From a bacterium (GTDB lineage Bacteria; Margulisbacteria; WOR-1; O2-12-FULL-45-9; XYB2-FULL-48-7), in assembly GCA_043812655.1 (NCBI GenBank), contig JBDRLW010000003.1:47580-111579 (forward strand): a stretch of DNA of 64,000 bases, given 5' to 3'. The position numbers and the translations under genes were made by a program. The notes beneath the pieces were generated by a model. The model did not search any database and had not been told where the DNA came from. It saw only the letters and a program-made list of their open reading frames with translations. Shown piece by piece: positions 10,640 to 19,352 of this stretch (position 1 is its first letter; the number at the start of each line of letters is the position of its first letter).

Positions 10640-11611
10640 ATGGCAAAAATAAATAATAACAAACCAAAACTCCTCCTCGAAAAACCGCTGGAGGAGCTTT
10701 ACGCTAAGATCGAAAAATTAAAAGTCCTTCAGGAATCCGGCAAAATGGACATGACCGAGGAGATCAAAATGCTGGAGAAAAGGATCGAAAATACCCGTAA
10801 AGAAATATTCTCCAAGATTACGCCGATCCAATGCGTCCAAGTTGCCCGTTACATTATGAGACCGACTACGCTTGATTATATCGATCTGCTATTTAAAGAC
10901 TTTGTTGAACTCCATGGCGATCGTAATTTTTCTGACGATCCAGCTTTAGTTACCGGGATCGCCAATCTCGATGGCCGCTCGGTCATTGTGATGGGCCACC
11001 AAAAAGGCCATTCAACCAAAGAAAATATTGCCCGCAATTTTGGGATGGCAAATCCTGAAGGCTACCGCAAAGCCCTCCGGCTAATGCGCCTGGCCGAGCG
11101 TTACAACAAGCCGATCATTTCTTTTGTTGATACGCCGGGAGCATATTGCGGTTTAGGCGCTGAAGAACGTGGCCAAGCCGAAGCGATCGCTAAAAACCTT
11201 CGGGAAATGGCAGAGCTGACTGTCCCCTTTATTTCCATTATTACTGGTGAGGGTGGCTCTGGAGGGGCGCTAGGAATAGCGATGGGAAATAAAGTTTTGA
11301 TGCTTGAATATTCAATTTATTCGGTGATCTCCCCCGAAGGCTGCGCCTCGATCCTTTTCCGTGACGCATCACGCGCTAATGAAGCGGCTAATGCGATGAG
11401 GATCACCGCGCCAGACCTGCTTGAACTCGGGGTAATTGATGAAGTGATCAAAGAACCGATCGGCGGCGCGCACAACGATCCGGCCTTTATGGCCAAAAAT
11501 ATCAAGGCCGCCATTTTAAAACATCTAGAACCGCTTCTCTCCCTCTCTCACCGCGAGCTAATAGCCGACCGGTACAACAAATACCGGAAGATGGGAATTT
11601 TTAACGGATAA
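10640..11611 (+). CDS. accA: Acetyl-CoA carboxylase carboxyltransferase alpha subunit
   Basis: ELHGDR, PEGYRKALR, DTPGAY, GEGGSGGAL, ISPEGCASIL motifs. Confidence 0.97.
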   Translation: MAKINNNKPKLLLEKPLEELYAKIEKLKVLQESGKMDMTEEIKMLEKRIENTRKEIFSKITPIQCVQVARYIMRPTTLDYIDLLFKDFVELHGDRNFSDDPALVTGIANLDGRSVIVMGHQKGHSTKENIARNFGMANPEGYRKALRLMRLAERYNKPIISFVDTPGAYCGLGAEERGQAEAIAKNLREMAELTVPFISIITGEGGSGGALGIAMGNKVLMLEYSIYSVISPEGCASILFRDASRANEAANAMRITAPDLLELGVIDEVIKEPIGGAHNDPAFMAKNIKAAILKHLEPLLSLSHRELIADRYNKYRKMGIFNG

Positions 11612-11623
11612 ATATTTGGTAAA

Positions 11624-12025
11624 TGCCGCGGAGAGGAATTGAACCTCCATGGGTTTAACCCCGCTAGCTCCTGAAGTCCCGCTTCATTAATATTTTATCA
11701 TAATGACTTGCGGGATCCCGACGATTACATTATTATCATATCTTAATGACCGTCGGGACTAGTGCGCCCGCCTTCGGCGGGTAAATCTGCCAGATAATAA
11801 ACTTGCTTCTTCAAATGCCCAGGAGAGGAATTGAACCTCCATGGGTTTAACCCCGCTAGCTCCTGAAGCTAGTGCGTCTGCCAGTTCCGCCACCTGGGCA
11901 TTTGAAGGTGGAAATATTCTCTCATAAATTGACTGCTGATTCAAGATATTTTTCTGAAAAAAAAGGAGATAGTTCCGCTTTACCCGCCACAGGTGGGTTT
12001 ACCCGCCGCAGGCGGGCATAGCGGC
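11624..12025 (-). pseudogene. Outer, fragmented tRNA-Leu(CAG) copy split by four inserts
   Basis: Pieces 12025-12017, 11978-11973, 11793-11786, 11766-11759 and 11676-11624 join to an 84-nt tRNA-Leu(CAG). It is identical to the inner gene outside the acceptor stem. Confidence 0.8.
11816..11899 (-). tRNA. tRNA-Leu(CAG), intact, nested in the fragmented copy
   Basis: Acceptor GCCCAGG/CCTGGGC; anticodon arm CTAGC-TTCAGGA-GCTAG; long variable arm; GGTTCAATT T-loop; no encoded CCA. Confidence 0.95.
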
Positions 12026-12031
12026 ATAAAA

Positions 12032-12116
12032 TGCCGCTGGCCGGAGTTGAACCGGCACGGGGGTTAACCCCACTTGATTTTGAGTCAAGCGCGTCTGCCA
12101 ATTCCACCACAGCGGC
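12032..12116 (-). tRNA. tRNA-Leu(CAA)
   Basis: Acceptor GCCGCTG/CAGCGGC; anticodon arm CTTGA-CTCAAAA-TCAAG; long variable arm. Confidence 0.95.
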
Positions 12117-12236
12117 ATTTCGACTCCGTCTCGACTCACTGCGTTCGCTCGACGTCGCTCAATGCCGAGAGAAGCCGAGACATTCCACTTTACCCGCCTG
12201 CCTACCGGCAGGCAAGCCGTAGGCGGGCACAGCGGC
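12117..12236 (-). pseudogene. Duplicated, interrupted 5' fragment of tRNA-Leu(CAA) with palindromic inserts
   Basis: GCCGCTGTG|39-bp insert (12227-12189)|GTGGAAT equals the first 16 nt of the adjacent tRNA, followed by a nested GAGC..AGTCGA element (12181-12117). Confidence 0.75.
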
Positions 12237-12395
12237 ACGACAACTATGGTGAGTATAGCAAAATAATTAAAGCTTGACAATAAACTATCTTATAATGTAT
12301 TATAAAGATGTCCCAATAAACGACCACATTTTACAATTTTTTCTTAATGACAACAAAATTAACAATTTCTCAATCAAACAAAAACAAGTTTATCT

Positions 12396-12461
12396 AACCT
12401 GCGACTAAAAGTCGCGGTTTCGTTTATCCAAATGGAACCGAGGCTTTCAGCCTCAGGTTCC
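12396..12461. repeat. Inverted REP doublet (GGAACC-T-G family) in the rho leader
   Basis: AACCTGCGACTAAAAGTCGCGGTT and GGAACCGAGGCTTTCAGCCTCAGGTTCC. Confidence 0.8.
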
Positions 12462-12487
12462 AAAACAAATCACTCGAGGAGGAAGAA

Positions 12488-13732
12488 ATGGATATTGTAG
12501 AGTTAGAAGGTAAGACCCTGCCCCAATTATACGAGGTCGCCAAAGGTTTGAACATTGCCAACCTGCGGCAATTAAAAAAGCACGACCTGGTTTTTAAGAT
12601 CCTCGAAGCCCAGACCGAAAAGAACGGCCACATTTTCACCAAAGGGATCCTAGAGATCCTGCCCGAAAATTATGGTTTCTTGCGGACCGGCGGCTATCTC
12701 CCCAGCCGGGAAGACGTTTATGTTTCGCAAACCCAGATCCGCCGCTTTGATATGCAAAACGGTGATTTTGTCACCGGCCAGGTCCGGCCGCCTAAAGAGG
12801 GCGAAAAATATTATAGTTTGCTGAAGATCGAAGCGATCAACGGCGAAAATCCGGAAGGGGCGAGACAGCGCATACCATTTGACAGCTTAACACCAATTTT
12901 CCCCAACCGCCGCTTTGGTTTGGAATTTCCCGGTTGCCCCATGGCTTGCCGGTTGATTGACATGGTCGCGCCGATCGGCGCCGGCCAAAGAGCAATGATC
13001 GTCTCGCCGCCAAAGGCCGGTAAAACCACGGTCTTGAAAAATATCGCTAACTCGATCACTGAAAATTTCCCTGAAACCCTGATCAAAGTCTTACTGGTTG
13101 ATGAACGGCCGGAAGAAGTGACCGATATGCAAAGGTCAGTTAAAGGCGAAGTCGTTGCTTCAACTTTTGATGAGCCGCCGGAGGACCACATTAGGATCGC
13201 CGAATTATTACTGGAAGCTTGCAAACGCTTAGTTGAAGCAGGCAAAGATGTCGTAATCCTCCTTGATTCGATCACCCGCTTAGCTCGGGCTTACAATTTA
13301 GTTACCCCACCCTCCGGCCGGACGCTGTCCGGCGGTCTTGACCCGACTTGTCTCCACCGGCCAAAGCGCTTCTTCGGCGGCGCGCGGAATATTGAAGAAG
13401 GCGGCAGTTTAACGATCATCGCTACTGCTCTAGTTGAAACCGGCTCCAGGATGGACGATATTATTTATGAAGAGTTCAAAGGAACAGGTAATATGGAACT
13501 CCACCTCAACCGTAAGCTGGCTGACCGGAGAATTTTCCCAGCGATCGACGTGCGGCTCTCCGGCACCAGGCGCGAAGAGCTCCTAATGGACGATAAGGAA
13601 CTGAAAAAGATGTGGCTCTTGCGCAAAGTGATGGACAATTACGAGGCGGTTGAAGCGACCGAACAATTAATTGAACGGCTCAAAACCTTTAAGACTAATA
13701 AGCAGTTCTTTGATTCGGCTGATGTAAAGTAA
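12488..13732 (+). CDS. rho: Transcription termination factor Rho
   Basis: [41 protein letters not shown] motifs. Confidence 0.98.
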   Translation: MDIVELEGKTLPQLYEVAKGLNIANLRQLKKHDLVFKILEAQTEKNGHIFTKGILEILPENYGFLRTGGYLPSREDVYVSQTQIRRFDMQNGDFVTGQVRPPKEGEKYYSLLKIEAINGENPEGARQRIPFDSLTPIFPNRRFGLEFPGCPMACRLIDMVAPIGAGQRAMIVSPPKAGKTTVLKNIANSITENFPETLIKVLLVDERPEEVTDMQRSVKGEVVASTFDEPPEDHIRIAELLLEACKRLVEAGKDVVILLDSITRLARAYNLVTPPSGRTLSGGLDPTCLHRPKRFFGGARNIEEGGSLTIIATALVETGSRMDDIIYEEFKGTGNMELHLNRKLADRRIFPAIDVRLSGTRREELLMDDKELKKMWLLRKVMDNYEAVEATEQLIERLKTFKTNKQFFDSADVK

Positions 13733-14594
13733 TTTGATTTAACTTTCCAAATTGAAACAATTCAACTTGCGAAGCAGGTTTTTCAGTACCATTTTCATCT
13801 TGTATAACAAATAATTGGCTTTCTGGATATGGCACTTTCCCCCAGGCGAATTGGAGCTTTTGGAAATAGGCAACTCCTTTATTTCTTAACAATTCCTTTT
13901 CTCCCCTTGATTTGAACGCATTATTATTTAATAACCTATAAATAAAACTATAAGCATAAGCAGAGGCGAAAAATTCGGTCGTAAATTTAGACGTCTGTCT
14001 TCCAACTTGTTCGACAATTTTTAAATACCCAAGCTGACAAATTAATGCTACGGCTAAGTTGATCGCCTCAATTTTTTCAGTATTTTTAAAACTGCTGCGC
14101 AACAAGATAGCTTTGGTTGGTTTTCTCCTTTCACGGGAAGGATCAATCGCCCCATTCTTTTCCAGGCAATATTTAATGTTCTGTATTACCGTTCCGGAAA
14201 TTGGCAGAAACCCTTGACGATTCTCCATTGCTTCCCCCAAATAGGTTGAAAAACCAACGTAGCGGCAATAGGATTTCAAATCCATCCGATAAAACACTTC
14301 CGCCTTTTCAACAATATCTAATATTTCTTTGGGCAAATTCCCTGCGCGTAAAATCAGGACGGTATCACCAATACTCTGTTCAGCAGGCCGCATAGCTTGC
14401 CTTAATTCAGAAAAACTCAAGCCGTGTTTCCTTTGCGCTGGGGAAAGCCTAACTATCCGAAAATCCAGTGTCCTTTCCACTAATGAAATGTCTCTTCCTT
14501 GCCCGGGCAGTCTCTCAATTTGAATTTGCGATGCTTGAACAGCCCCGTTTTTCCCCCAACGTATTCTACCTTTGCCGCTTATTCTTGTATTCAT
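13695..14594 (-). CDS. Hypothetical protein
   Basis: 299 aa ORF directly downstream of the EI-like gene; no motif recognised. Confidence 0.6.
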   Translation of the reverse strand: MNTRISGKGRIRWGKNGAVQASQIQIERLPGQGRDISLVERTLDFRIVRLSPAQRKHGLSFSELRQAMRPAEQSIGDTVLILRAGNLPKEILDIVEKAEVFYRMDLKSYCRYVGFSTYLGEAMENRQGFLPISGTVIQNIKYCLEKNGAIDPSRERRKPTKAILLRSSFKNTEKIEAINLAVALICQLGYLKIVEQVGRQTSKFTTEFFASAYAYSFIYRLLNNNAFKSRGEKELLRNKGVAYFQKLQFAWGKVPYPESQLFVIQDENGTEKPASQVELFQFGKLNQITLHQPNQRTAY

Positions 14595-14595
14595 A

Positions 14596-16923
14596 TTATT
14601 TTATTCCCTCGATCATGCTAATGCTTTTGGCTTTTTTCCTTACGTTTAAATAACTCACCGGCCTTGGTGACTTAACTAATTCTCCAATAACGGTCCTGGT
14701 ATCATAATGCTTGCTTTTTTGAGCTAAGCGAACTAATAACTTTCTAACTTCCATCGCATTTTTTTGATCCAATAAAGCTTCAATTAATGGCTTTTTTAAT
14801 TTCCGCTCAAATTTTTTCCATTCCCCATAATGAAAATATGATAACAAATACTTTATCTGGTTTTGCCAGGCAGGATTCATGCTCAACGAATCTATCCCCA
14901 TTAAAGTTAATACTAACGCTCCTAATGGGTCTCTAGCCATTTCCCCGCAAAAACCAATTCTACCTTTATGCCTTTCTTGATATAACTTTGTTAATAACCC
15001 ATGAGCTGCTAATTTTTCTTTTTCCGAAACTTTACTAGCCGATAAAAAGGCCGTAAAATCAGCTTCAGGCTCTTTCATGATTATATAAGCATCTCTAGTT
15101 ACCTTTAACAAATATCCATGTTTCTGCAGCTCATTTTTCAGCGGTTCAGACCAGCTGGCAATTTCTTCCACCTTTATGGAACCCTTAACGCCTTTAATCG
15201 CCTCAAATATATACCCTAATACTTTTGGTGACAGCCAATCATATTCCATTCCGGTCATTAGTTTTGCTCGATCATCAATCTCTAATACCGCGGCAGTTAG
15301 ATCATTGCCCCCAATAGAAAACACCTGGCATTTTTGGGCGATCGCTTCAATATTTTCTACTGCTTCTGGCGTCTCAACCATAGCGCCAAGCTGAATGAAT
15401 TGGCTGACACGTCGCTGATCAATAGTGTAATCGGTAATTAAATCAGTCTCATATTTTTTTACTAAATGTGCGACTTGCTCAACCTGTTCAGGGGTCCGGA
15501 TCATTGGGATAATAACAGAAACCTTTTTCCCTGCTAAACCATCTTCATCTGGATAATATTTCAGACGATCACAAGCAATCAATAGATCCCTGATCTGATC
15601 CCTTAAAATGGCTTTCCCTTTGTCAACTTGTAGCAAAAAATCAACCCCTCTTTTCCCTTGCGTAAAATCATCAAAAGTGCTTTCCGCTTTTGGATACTTA
15701 TCCTTATCCACGTCAAAAAAGCGAAAAACAATATCTGTCGTTGCTTCAATAGCATTAATAAATTGTCTTATTAAAGACGGATTTGTTGGTCTCCCCAGCG
15801 TATAATGATCTTCCGTGCGATAAAGACCAACTTCTTGAGTCTGCGCCCCCTCACTCCCCATATTTTCCATGATCTTTGGCAACGGTAAACGTTGATCATC
15901 TCCAGATAACCCTGTCCAGTGTGTGTCTGCATACTTCTTTGCTTGAGCCATCGCATCACCGATCTCTTTATTCATTAAACTAATATTGCGATCATCAACA
16001 TTCACCACAACTTGTCCTGTATGGGGGTTCATTATTACTTTTACTTCCGGATCTATGTGCGCAAATACTTTTTTGGCTTCTGACATCAAAACTACAGGAA
16101 TCCCGCGATTAAATGCCAATAAATATGGATGGCTTGCCAAACCCATAAATTGATGGTCAAAAATAAAGCCTCTCGCCCCAAGATGAACATGAGATTGAAT
16201 CTCTCCCCAAGCAAGATAATCAGCTACTAAATAATAACCTGTTTGCTGTATGGGACAATTAACGCCATCAATATGCGCCAATAATCGGGGCAAATACAAC
16301 TCTGCGTCCTTGTATTGCTCCTGTTGCCGCATGTGTATTGGGACTTGGCTATTAAATATAATCCTTAACTCTTTTAACTTCCTATATATTGAAGCTCGAT
16401 CATTAGGTTCTACCAGTTTTTTTTCTTGTAACAATCTTGATTTATCCACAACATCTCTTTCTGTCTTATTAAACAAATCAACTGAAACCTGAAGAAAAGC
16501 CTTAAAAGAAGCAACAAATTGCGGCCATACCGTTTCAAATGCTTGATGGGCAGAAATATTCTGCTGTTCAATCATCATTTTAGATTGTGTAGCCGCTTCT
16601 TTAATCACATAACCAAAGGCCTCATCTTTTTTATATGCTTCAACCAATGAATCTATTTTTTTAAGTTCATCCTCTTTTTTAATCGGCAGTAATTGATTAT
16701 TCGTACCGCAAACAACCTGATCGATCAATAGACAACTGGGTAAAACATAAGCTGGGTTTTTATCTAGAGGTATTTGTTTCTCTGGTGGAGGCAAAACTCC
16801 ATTCCCTCGACCAGTAAAAGTCAAATTTTTTGTAAGTGGCCGGCGCTTTGAAAATGAATGGTTTTCTTTTCGTACTACTCCGTTTATTATCTTACTAAGG
16901 GTCATATTAATACTCCTGATCAT
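14596..16923 (-). CDS. Divergent PEP-utilising enzyme, PTS enzyme I (PtsI/PtsP)-like, with long N-terminal extension
   Basis: LASHPY..GIPVV (phospho-His domain), VGLYRTE, IIPMI, GAMVETP, FSIGGNDLT, GFCGEMA motifs; start is ATG 16923 or GTG 16941. Confidence 0.75.
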   Translation of the reverse strand: MIRSINMTLSKIINGVVRKENHSFSKRRPLTKNLTFTGRGNGVLPPPEKQIPLDKNPAYVLPSCLLIDQVVCGTNNQLLPIKKEDELKKIDSLVEAYKKDEAFGYVIKEAATQSKMMIEQQNISAHQAFETVWPQFVASFKAFLQVSVDLFNKTERDVVDKSRLLQEKKLVEPNDRASIYRKLKELRIIFNSQVPIHMRQQEQYKDAELYLPRLLAHIDGVNCPIQQTGYYLVADYLAWGEIQSHVHLGARGFIFDHQFMGLASHPYLLAFNRGIPVVLMSEAKKVFAHIDPEVKVIMNPHTGQVVVNVDDRNISLMNKEIGDAMAQAKKYADTHWTGLSGDDQRLPLPKIMENMGSEGAQTQEVGLYRTEDHYTLGRPTNPSLIRQFINAIEATTDIVFRFFDVDKDKYPKAESTFDDFTQGKRGVDFLLQVDKGKAILRDQIRDLLIACDRLKYYPDEDGLAGKKVSVIIPMIRTPEQVEQVAHLVKKYETDLITDYTIDQRRVSQFIQLGAMVETPEAVENIEAIAQKCQVFSIGGNDLTAAVLEIDDRAKLMTGMEYDWLSPKVLGYIFEAIKGVKGSIKVEEIASWSEPLKNELQKHGYLLKVTRDAYIIMKEPEADFTAFLSASKVSEKEKLAAHGLLTKLYQERHKGRIGFCGEMARDPLGALVLTLMGIDSLSMNPAWQNQIKYLLSYFHYGEWKKFERKLKKPLIEALLDQKNAMEVRKLLVRLAQKSKHYDTRTVIGELVKSPRPVSYLNVRKKAKSISMIEGIK

Positions 16924-16943
16924 TAAATAGCATTCAACCACAT

Positions 16944-16973
16944 ATTTATCGCCTTATTATTCAATTAATTTCA
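16944..16973 (-). promoter_or_regulatory. Sigma28-like promoter candidate
   Basis: TGAAAT-N16-CGATAA; the same motif and spacing occurs at 38040-38013. Confidence 0.5.
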
Positions 16974-17009
16974 CTTCTTTTTGGCTTTCTAGCCTGTTAT
17001 AATCAAGTT

Positions 17010-18251
17010 ATGTTTGGAATAAATGAAGTCGAGAGAGAAATAGGGTCAAGGGTCCAGGGTCCAAGGTCCAGAAGAATTAGCAGCATCTCCATCGATTCCC
17101 GCACTGTCCAACCCGGTGAACTATTTATCCCGATCAAAGGGGAGAAATTTGATGGGAATAAGTTTATTAAAGACGCTCTAGCCAAAGGGGCTTTTGTCGT
17201 CGAAACAAAAGACGGGCTAACCGCCCTGCACCAGCTCGCCGCTTACCACCGCAGTAAATTTGATCTTCCGGTCATCGCCATCACCGGCAGTGTGGGGAAA
17301 ACGACGACCAAAGACATGCTTGCCTCGATCCTCTCCCAAGCGATGCCAACCTTAAAGAACGAACAGAACTATAATAATGAAATAGGCGTCCCCCTCACCC
17401 TCCTTAAGCTGACCAAAAAGCATAAAGCCGCGGTAATTGAGATGGGCATGCAGGGAAAGGGAGAAATTGAGCTTTTGGCCAAGATCGCCAGGCCAACTAT
17501 CGCCATTGTTACCAATATCGGCGAAGCCCACCTTGAACAACTGGGGACTAAAGCTAATATTGCCAAAGCTAAAGCCGAAGTCTTTAAATTCCTAAAAAAA
17601 GAAGATTGGGTGGTGATCAACGCGGATGATGAATACTACGAACATTTAGTAGCCAGGGTCCAGGGTCCAGGGGCCAGGGTAAAAACCTTTGGTATTATTG
17701 AGAAGGCTGACATTAGAACAAAAGAATTGACGGGGATCAATCTGCCGCTGCCCGGCGAACACAACATTTATAACGCCCTGGCGGCGATCGCGGTGGCGAA
17801 AATCTTAAAAATTAAAAAGCCAGCCATTAAAAAAGGGCTGGAAACTTTTAAGCCTTCCAGCAAGCGGATGGAAGTGATCAACCGGCCAGACGGGACAAAG
17901 ATCATTAACGATACCTATAACGCTAATCCCCAATCAATGGCGGCAACCCTAAAAGTCTTAGCCGGTATTGAGCGGCCAAATGTAAAAAGGATCGCAGTCT
18001 TGGGAAGTATGCTGGAACTTGGCAAACGCTCCAAAGCCGCTCATGCCAAGATAATTAAACTGGCCAAACAATTAAAGATCGACAAAGTCTTAACTTTTGG
18101 CGAATTCTGGCCAAGCCTGGCTCCAGCGGAAAAAACCAAAAAGAACTTAATAAAAAAATTACGGCAATTAATAGCGCCTCGTGATATAATTTTAATCAAG
18201 GGCTCCCGGGGAATGAGGATGGAAGACGTGGTCGACGCGATCAGAACTTAA
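17010..18251 (+). CDS. murF: UDP-MurNAc-tripeptide:D-Ala-D-Ala ligase
   Basis: IDSR, ITGSVGKTTTK, NNEIGVP, EMGM, NDTYNANP, KGSRG motifs. Confidence 0.95.
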   Translation: MFGINEVEREIGSRVQGPRSRRISSISIDSRTVQPGELFIPIKGEKFDGNKFIKDALAKGAFVVETKDGLTALHQLAAYHRSKFDLPVIAITGSVGKTTTKDMLASILSQAMPTLKNEQNYNNEIGVPLTLLKLTKKHKAAVIEMGMQGKGEIELLAKIARPTIAIVTNIGEAHLEQLGTKANIAKAKAEVFKFLKKEDWVVINADDEYYEHLVARVQGPGARVKTFGIIEKADIRTKELTGINLPLPGEHNIYNALAAIAVAKILKIKKPAIKKGLETFKPSSKRMEVINRPDGTKIINDTYNANPQSMAATLKVLAGIERPNVKRIAVLGSMLELGKRSKAAHAKIIKLAKQLKIDKVLTFGEFWPSLAPAEKTKKNLIKKLRQLIAPRDIILIKGSRGMRMEDVVDAIRT

Positions 18252-18254
18252 CGT

Positions 18255-18558
18255 GCCGCGGTGGCCCGCCTACGGCTTGCCTGCCGGTAGGCAGGCGGGT
18301 AAATGGAACTGGCTGGCACTTACATCCCGAAGTTGAATGCAATTTTTTGCCGAGGTGGTGGAACTGGCAGACACACCAGCTTGAGGGGCTGGCGCCGTTA
18401 AAAGCGTAGGAGTTCAAATCTCCTCCTCGGCATAAAAATTGCTTTCAAATTCAGAGATGGAGGTTCTCCCGACGGACATTATAATAGAATAATGATGAAA
18501 TCGTCGGGATCCCGATTTCCGCCAAAGGCGGAACATCGGGAAAGTCCTCTCCGCGGCA
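18255..18558 (+). pseudogene. Outer tRNA-Leu-like shell (5' and 3' parts) split by inserts and enclosing tRNA-Leu(GAG)
   Basis: GCCGCGGTGG|39 bp|TGGAACTGGC ... ATGGAGGTTC|75 bp|AAGTCCTCTCCGCGGCA; perfect acceptor stem and T arm, no anticodon arm of its own. Confidence 0.75.
18349..18432 (+). tRNA. tRNA-Leu(GAG), intact, nested
   Basis: Acceptor GCCGAGG/CCTCGGC; anticodon arm CCAGC-TTGAGGG-GCTGG; flanked by an imperfect ~27-bp inverted repeat. Confidence 0.95.
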
Positions 18559-18561
18559 TTA

Positions 18562-19209
18562 TTAATTTGCCTTTTTTCTTAATCCCGAAACTGTTGTAAA
18601 ACTATACCCCTTTTTCTTTAGATCTTTGATCATTATTGGCAGGGCCTCGACTATTTGCCGGCTATTATCATGCATCAACACTACCGAGCCATTCCGCACC
18701 AGGGAAGTAACCCTTTTGGCGATCGAAGCCGCCGTTCGCATCCCCTTTTTTGGCTGGTAGAAATCGTCAGCGTTCGCGTTCCATAACACGATCTCATAGC
18801 CCGCTTTTTCGATCAGCTTTCTTTTAGAATATGGTAATCGCCCGTGCGGCGGGCGGAAAAGAACAACCTTTTTATTAGTAGCCTTCATGATCAAAAGGGA
18901 AGTCTCTCTAATCTCTGCCAGCGTTTTCTTATCATCCATCTGGTCCAAGGACGTATGGCTGTAGGTGTGGTTCCCGATCTCGTGCCCGTCCGCGCTTGCC
19001 TGGCTGACAAACTGCGGATTATCCTTAACTTTCCAGCCGATCACAAAAAAGGTCACCGGGACATTTTCCTTTTTCAGTATAGGCAAGAGCTTATCGATGA
19101 CGCCAGGCGTTGGCCCATCGTCAAAAGTTAAAGCAACCTGCTTTTTCGCGCTCGCGGAAAAAGCTAAACATAATGCCAAGATCAAGATAATGGATATTTT
19201 TCTTACCAT
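18562..19209 (-). CDS. Exported polysaccharide/peptidoglycan deacetylase (CE4)
   Basis: Signal peptide; LTFDDGP, GNHTYSH, FRPPHG, VLMHD motifs. Confidence 0.9.
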   Translation of the reverse strand: MVRKISIILILALCLAFSASAKKQVALTFDDGPTPGVIDKLLPILKKENVPVTFFVIGWKVKDNPQFVSQASADGHEIGNHTYSHTSLDQMDDKKTLAEIRETSLLIMKATNKKVVLFRPPHGRLPYSKRKLIEKAGYEIVLWNANADDFYQPKKGMRTAASIAKRVTSLVRNGSVVLMHDNSRQIVEALPIMIKDLKKKGYSFTTVSGLRKKAN

Positions 19210-19352
19210 ATAATAAAACCAGTTTTCATTATAGCACTATAATAAAATAAACATTGATCCCTCATTACTCATTACTCATCCCTCCCTTGCTTCTATAAAA
19301 AGTATTCGGTATAATCAAAACAATTGTTAAATCGATCGGTGGTAAATTAAAT

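Noticed and set aside
11759..12280. Short ORFs over the Leu tRNA region (also 36864-37097 and 37282-37488)
   Set aside because: They are translations of tRNA genes and palindromes, not credible proteins.
12274..12296. TTGACA..TATAAT as the rho promoter pair
   Set aside because: The spacing is only 11 bp. TATTAT at 18 bp is possible but not certain enough to annotate.
11624..18558. Prophage or integrative island bounded by tRNA att repeats
   Set aside because: The repeats are inverted or nested rather than direct, no integrase is present, and the enclosed genes include rho and murF.
18255..18558. tmRNA or another tRNA-like ncRNA as the identity of the shell
   Set aside because: No GGGG 5' end, no G3-U70 alanine determinant and no tag reading frame; the ends match tRNA-Leu.
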